NCBI GenBank assembly: GCA_036172245.1
Contig: JAYWIR010000030.1
Coordinates: 682,001 to 746,000 of the forward strand
DNA from: Raillietiella orientalis
Taxonomy: Eukaryota
Length of the DNA stretch: 64,000 bases
Direction of reading: 5' to 3'
Part shown: piece by piece, positions 57,650 through 64,000 of the stretch
Numbering within the stretch: the first letter of the stretch is position 1
Layout: each line of letters begins with the position of its first letter
Notes under the pieces: generated by a model
The model's input: only the letters and a program-made list of their open reading frames with translations
What the model was told of the DNA's origin: nothing
Database searches by the model: none
Made by a program: the position numbers and the translations under genes

Positions 57650-58500
57650 GCAATGCTTCCAATTTCTTCGTTCAATAAAGTAAATCGTGTGCATTCTCTT
57701 TACATTCTTACTACATTATCGATGGCATTGTGAGCCAACAATCAAGAATCCATCTTGCATTTGCTTGATGATTTTCGTCAACTTTCAAGATGATAAAAGA
57801 ATGCTTCTGTTCTCTTCTAGTTTGCTCAGAAGAACTGCAAAAATCATTTGTATGTTAATTTGCCTGCACGCAAATCTGCATTTGATGTGATGGCTAGGCT
57901 CACTGTATTTCAAGGAAGCTATTTTATATTTTTGCATTTCGTGAGTTTTGAGTTGAAAACAACTTCTAATGTAAATTATTACAAATTTAACCATGTCGTT
58001 GTGAGATCCCTCGTAAATGATTGGCTGTCAAGAATTGACAGCCAATCTATTAAAGAGAGTTTGAAAATAGGCATTTGATACCGATAACTCTATAAGTTCA
58101 AGGCACGAATAAGCTGTATTTTTACTTTTTGCTTCCTAGGGTTTCATTTTTTTTGTGTGTGTTTTCCCGACGAATTCTTTTGAAATGAATATGGAGCAAA
58201 GACTGGGAAGGTGAAGGAGGATCGTTTCTGTACTGAAATTGGAACTATATTGTTGGTATCTCCGTTTGGTGCTTCTTAAACTGAAGAATCCAACGCAGAA
58301 AGTTTCATTTATTCATGCATGTTACCCCTAAATTTTTAGCTCTGCCTAGTTATTGTGCTCAGGAAATTACAGAATTACGGCAGCACAGCTTTCTCCAATT
58401 TTGAATTAACCAATGCTGGAATTAACTTGATATCCATAAAATATTGAAAACATCACGTCATTGTGTATTCAGTGTTCATGGCCTGGATCCAAAAGATCTT
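57650..58500 (-). mobile_element. Possible AT-rich LINE RT remnant
   Basis: IIYIRSCFQLKTHE weakly resembles IYxDFxKAFDxVxH. Very degenerate. Confidence 0.2.
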
Positions 58501-59479
58501 TCTATACATTAGTCTGTGTGATGTGGACGCAAACGTATTGAACTGTTGAGAAGAAAAAATCACACCGATCGTGCTGACGCTTAGTCTCATTTTTTGTTAC
58601 CTACTAAAGTCACACACATCATCCAGAAGTTAAGAAAAAAAGCGCCCATGGGAATTAACGTCACTACCTGTAAAACTATACCTAATAGTATTTTTGTACT
58701 ATCGCATAAAGACGTATGATTATATTTGATTGCAATTGTATGCATAACAAGCTTTGAAAGAAAAAGTGGTGCATTTTTATAAAATGTCTGCTTTATAACG
58801 GAGTCAATTTTGATTTTGTTTTTCGTATTATACTCTTATGCATTCATTTGGTACTGGTGTGATTTACAATCGCTAATAGAGCAACGCAGAAATCAGGTTG
58901 TAGAATTTTTAATTGGTATTTTGGTTTGCTATTCAGATGGAAGTCTTTGGAAAAGTGTCCGTCTTGACAGCAGAGGGATCTCATTCCTCGTGTTTTTTCT
59001 CCAATTAGATCTTGTCCTGTCAGTGAGTTTTTGCTCTGGAAAAAAAAAAAGAGGAATAAAAGGACACGTTTATTTTCTATCATATTTACCTGAAGTATTA
59101 ATGCTCAAAAAGTACGTATTAAAGTACTGATTGCGTTGCATTTTGTAAAGATTTGTAGCTTGCCAAGAGTGTTTATGTTCAGTTCTTGCGGCTTGCGGTG
59201 CGATTTCGAGTGAACTTTGAGGAATTTCTTTTTCTTTTTGCTTCATCCACATTACCTTAGGACATGGTAAGGAGATTACTGAAAGGTTTGCCCCTGTTGT
59301 GTCATATTTTGAATTTTTTTCGTTTTTTTATCCTGCGATACATTACTCTTTGAAATTCTGATTCCCAAAAGAGAAATTTCAACCACATCCTTAGTATGGC
59401 TTTTATTTTCTCGTTCTATATGGATCGGGCCAATCATTTCTATTGAAGCATTGAAAAAGATGCAATTTTATATCAGAGC

Positions 59480-60030
59480 TCTTACATTAATCTCTTGGAG
59501 GCTCACCGCATGCGATGCCTTTCTGTAAAGAAGTCAAGTTGCAGTTTACGTGTTGGGGACACACAAACTGCAATTGGTCTTCGTGCTAATGCTTGATATC
59601 ATAGTACGATAGCTAATTGTCACACCATTAGTTTCTGAATATTTCAATATGGAAACCTGGGAAAGTGATTTTTGCATGTGTTTGCAGGAACTGGGTTTTG
59701 TGTATTAAACTTGTTCTTTTTCCACTCAGCAAACTGTGCCTAAGCATCCTTTTTTCAAAAAAAAATCCCGAAAATTCCTAGTATGGTTCTCGAATTTAGA
59801 ATGAGCAATAAAATACGCTTATACACGATTAAACAAACAAGCCGTACATTACACGTTTCCGGTCAATCGGACGAGGCTCACTTGGCGAACGATTTGAATC
59901 TGTGCGGCGGAACGAAAACAGCGGGTGTTTGCGCGCGAACGGTGGTGTGTGCAGTCATCGTGGTGTTTCGAAACTAAACCTTCTCACAATCACTGATGAG
60001 GCACTTAAGGGCCAAACAGCATAAGTACCC
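59480..60030 (+). mobile_element. Penelope-like element remnant (GIY-YIG fragment and degenerate hammerhead)
   Basis: SCSLRVGDTQTAIGLRANA*YHS (cf. C...YVGxT..L..R...H) and PLVSEYFN (cf. PVAxHFN), then CTGATGA-GGC..GCC-AAAC at 59993-60017. Confidence 0.45.
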
Positions 60031-60715
60031 GTGTCTCAAGGGGAACATTCTGTGAAGCTGATTTAAGGCTTTCATGTGAAAGAATGTCGTGTATGTCGTA
60101 TTCGCGTGCATTAAAGGAGGAGAAATAATTTGGGATTTTTTTTTTTTTTTTTCTTACTGAGCAAAGCAATATTCTATCAATTACAATATTTTATATTCTT
60201 GTGATGAAAAGTGTCGTTTCGTTGATGTTGTAAGTGGTAATCACAGTAATCGAATTGTGAGATTGCATGTTTGAGAAAATCAGTGCCTGGAGTTACCTAC
60301 ATGAAGACAGATTGCACCTATTAACAAAAAGAAGCAAACATTAAATTACGTGTCATTCCTTTCCCTTATAGTGATCTATTTTTTTTTTTTTTTTTAAAAG
60401 AAAAGCAATAGATTTTCATTATGCATGTGAGTGAGCTCCGCATTTTTTAAAGTCGTCTTAGAACATTCCTTTTATAATTGTTTTGTAATGTAATTTGGTT
60501 ACAGGATTTGGAAAACATGACATTTGCATTGCAATCTGTCTGACATTGAAGTATTTATTCAAGAAAAATAGTTTCATGTACAATCCAGTCATTGCAATGA
60601 ACAAAAAGTCAAAGAACTGCAATGCATAATTTTCTGAGAAAATCTTGTGAATGAATTGAAAGAATTGGAAATTGCAATATTTGTTCTGGGTATCCATTCA
60701 ACTGTATTTTCCACA

Positions 60716-61975
60716 ATGAACAATAATGCCAAAAATGGATCCAATCATATTCCATGGTATAAATAATATGATGGGATGTTTTGGAATGTGCAGTGCTTAT
60801 TCCAGGGTGGAAAAGTATCGTCCACATACATTTGCAGAAGTCGTGGGTAATGAAGAAATGATTTCACGGCTTGCTTCATTTGCACATGATGGAAACATGC
60901 CAAATATTATTATAACAGTAAATCATATGAGGTACATGAACCTAAACCCATGTATGTTCAGGGTCCACCAGGAGTAGGAAAGACTACTACTATTTTATGC
61001 CTGGCTCGTTGTTTACTTGGAACAGCCATGCGTGAAGCTGTTCTGGAACTTAATGCTTCTAATGAAAGAGGCATTGATGTAGTACGTGGCAAAATTAAAA
61101 TGTTTGCTCAGAAGAAGGTGACCTTGCCTCCAAACAAACACAAGATTGTGATATTGGATGAAGCTGATAGGTACAATGGTTATAGTTTGTAATCAAAGAA
61201 GCTCTTAAGCATGACAGAGGGAGCATTGCAGGCGCTCCGTCGTATTATGGAAATATATAGTCACACGACTCGTTTTGCTTTAGCATGTAATGCCAGTGAT
61301 AAGATCATTGAACCAATCCAGTCACGATGTGCTATGCTTAGATTTACCAGGCTAACTGATGCCCAGCTGTTGGCAAAAGTCTTGGAAGTTTGTGACAAGG
61401 AAAAAGTAGGTGTTTATTACTTAGTCATGACTTATGCCTTATTGCAGCTGAATTACACAGATGATGGACTAGAAGCAATAGTATTTACAGCCCAAGGTGA
61501 TATGCGCCAGGCCCTTAATAATCTCCAGTCTACAGCACAAGGGTTTGAAGTAATTAGCAGCATGAATGTTTTTCGTGTCTGTGATGAACCTCACCCTTTG
61601 TTTATCAAGGATATGTTACACCATTGTCAAAATGGTAATTTAGAAGAGGCATACAAGGTAAATGTGACATGCAATGGTACCCTGCTGCAGATCATTTTTC
61701 TGCAGATTCTTTTTCATTTATGGAAATTGGGTTATTCCTCTCAGGACTTGATGGGTAGTTTTCTCAAAGTATGTAAGACTCTGGATTTGCCCGAGTTCCT
61801 TAAACTCGAATTTATTAAGGTAAATAAGTCAAACATTCTATTGATTTTGAGATTTTGCAAGGAAATGGGACATTCCCATATGAGAGTGGTTCAAGGAGCT
61901 GACTCCCTATTGCAGCTTTCAGGACTTCTAGCTCGGCTGTGCAGAGCAGCCACACAACCAGTTCCCCCATTTTAA
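60716..61975 (+). CDS. RFC2: Replication factor C subunit 2 (40 kDa; yeast Rfc4 orthologue)
   Basis: Introns 60757-60805, 60918-60961, 61171-61209, 61406-61447, 61658-61705 and 61820-61861. Motifs PWVEKYRP, Walker [25 protein letters not shown], Walker B ILDEADSMT and IQSRC. Confidence 0.97.
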
Positions 61976-61982
61976 TTGGCTG

Positions 61983-62713
61983 CTAATAGACACTCTGAGA
62001 TTTACACTCCTGCTGACATTTGTGGCCAGTGGGGATCCGGGGAAATTGAACAGTGGAACATTGTCTTGTTTCATGTACTGCATGTTGCAGTTTTGTACAC
62101 TTTGGAGACAGTCTTGGGATTTCTTTAATATAGCGATAGTTCAGAGTTTCATTGCTGACCCTGTTTGTATAATTTCATAGTTTGCTTTTGCAAGCTTTCC
62201 TACCTCAGATTCAGGTTCATCCCATTTGCAAGACTGTTTTTCTGTGGACATAGCTGATTTTTTGTTTTCAAAAGCTGTTTGTAATATTCAGCTTGCCTAG
62301 TTGGCACTCTGTTGTAAACCATCTATTACACTGACTGTGCTTACTTTTGTAATATGGCCAGTTGCTTGCCAAGGCAATGGTTTTGTTTTTCGGATTTTTG
62401 CAAGGCTGTTTTTAATCTGTATGCCTGTGCTTGTTCTGCAGTGATGGGATCTGTTTCCCATTCCGAAATTTCTTCTTCAGTCAAATCATTGCCTGTCACC
62501 AGAATAGCAAGAAGCTCTGCAAGTGATCCAAATCTGTTCTCACATGCCTTTTTACTTACCCCTGTTCCAATGTTTTAATTTTGTTATCTCATCATGCAGT
62601 TGGGCTAACATTTGTTTATGCTGGTCTTCCAAGAAACTAAACGAGTTTTTCAGTTGATCAGTTTTTGGATTGATTTGCAAACAGGCCACTTGGTTTGATA
62701 GCTCAGAACTCAT
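61983..62713 (-). CDS. Coiled-coil protein with CCDC92/CCDC74-like N-terminal domain
   Basis: Four exons joined by GT-AG mini-introns (62517-62559, one ending at 62344, and 62161-62203) keep an open frame to TAG at 61983-61985. NSFSFLEDQHKQMLAQLHDEITKLKHWNREL resembles the FLQxEHxxxLxGLHxEIxxLxxxxxDL motif. An extra upstream coding exon cannot be excluded. Confidence 0.72.
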
Positions 62714-64000
62714 CTTATTCTGCTGCAAATAATATGATATAAATTACATTTTGATGTTTCCCACTGCCTCGATTAGCACTTATTTTCGGCGGCAATTTCA
62801 AGTCACTTTCATGTTTTCATGACAGCTATGCATGAAACAGGGTTTACGTGACCGGAAACTATAGCAACGAGATGTTTTTTCCGCAAAACACCTGACAATC
62901 TGACTCCCGAAAATCACGTAGTTTCTGAAAACGTATATGGCGTGACTTATTTTAACGATTCCCTCTTGAAATGTGGTACTCAAGTTTCTTGACAACAGGA
63001 AAGGTCCGACCGTGCCCAGCGGTTTGTGTATGTCAGCATTGTTTTTGCTTTCTCAGCATTTCGAAATTAGTGATTTTGAGAAAATCCCGTCATATGCATT
63101 CATTCAGTCGGCAAGTCGGCGGCAATTAATTACGGAATGCGGACAAAAGTCTGGTGCGGCAATCGATTCTCACCAAACGGAAAAGTTCCTCGAGTTTTTT
63201 TTTTAAAGTTGTGCCGCCACCCGTGTGTTTTGTGCAGAAACGGAAATCCATTTGCTAAAGGTTTCGTGTTTCTTGTGTTAGACCACCGTTCGTCTTGAAG
63301 TGGATTTGGAATTTAGCGATTTTGAACAGAGGAAAAATTTCTCCATAAAATGGTCTTTCCGGCAGTGTACACAGTTTAAGTTGCCCGACGGATGTTTCAG
63401 AATATCAAATACATAGTACAAGCGTAGTTATATGCTTGGATCTGCTCAGGAAGAAAACCTAAGCAGGGATACATTGAATTTTGAACATTATGGGAACCCT
63501 TGCTTGGAAGTATGAGCATAAAATGGTTTTCAATGCAAAACAGGATGCGCAAAGATAAGGACTTCAAGATTCATGAGATTGAAATAAGTTGATTATTTCA
63601 CGCAGGAGTGAAGACATTGAAGAACACCCAATTGCATTAAACTTGTTCAGAGCCGAGACCTGAAGGGTACACAAAATGCCCACCAAAGCGTCCCTGAAAG
63701 CCACTCAATCCCTGAAATGCAAAGTGAACCCCGAGGATGAACCCGCACTAGTAAAATAAGATAACACATGCAGCCAAAAGTCAAAGGATAAAATAAAATT
63801 GAATATCAGGAATGGGATTGTGACAGTGAAGATATGTCAGGGTTTTTGTAAGTGGCGACCTTTCTGCAAGTCACCCAAGGCCAAATTCGTATTTGACACA
63901 TCTTTCAGGCTGATCATACAAACTCTGCACACAAGTGATTCAGATGATTTTCACACCATTCATAGAACTGAAAAGTTTCTCATTGCTTTTAGGTTACAGT

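Noticed and set aside
60726..60977. RFC2 start at the ORF-track MPKMDP
   Set aside because: The conserved PW/VEKYRP requires the 60757-60805 intron and the ATG at 60716 in another frame.

Overview
Eukaryotic nuclear DNA from an animal, probably an arthropod-like invertebrate (inference). Seven intact protein-coding genes can be reconstructed by hand: PRL-1/PTP4A (+), METTL22 (+), SUZ12 (-), an intronless Jun (+), PPWD1 (-), RFC2 (+) and a CCDC92/CCDC74-like coiled-coil gene (-). Most introns are only 37-58 nt. Six of the genes form three tightly convergent pairs. Much of the intergenic DNA appears to be decayed non-LTR retrotransposon fossils, set in alternating GC/CpG-rich and AT-rich, CpG-poor blocks. 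The most striking unexplained element occurs in two diverged copies (about 4.4-5.3 kb and 45.6-46.75 kb): a long tRNA-headed, Pol III-type retroposed RNA whose body is an array of about 12 bulged GGAG...CUCC stem-loops, with UUCG/GNRA tetraloops and compensatory base changes. Second is a short CxxCQAQH upstream ORF in the PRL-1 leader that resembles the magnesium-sensing uORF of vertebrate PRL-2. All gene models, homologies and folds were read by eye, with no searches run.
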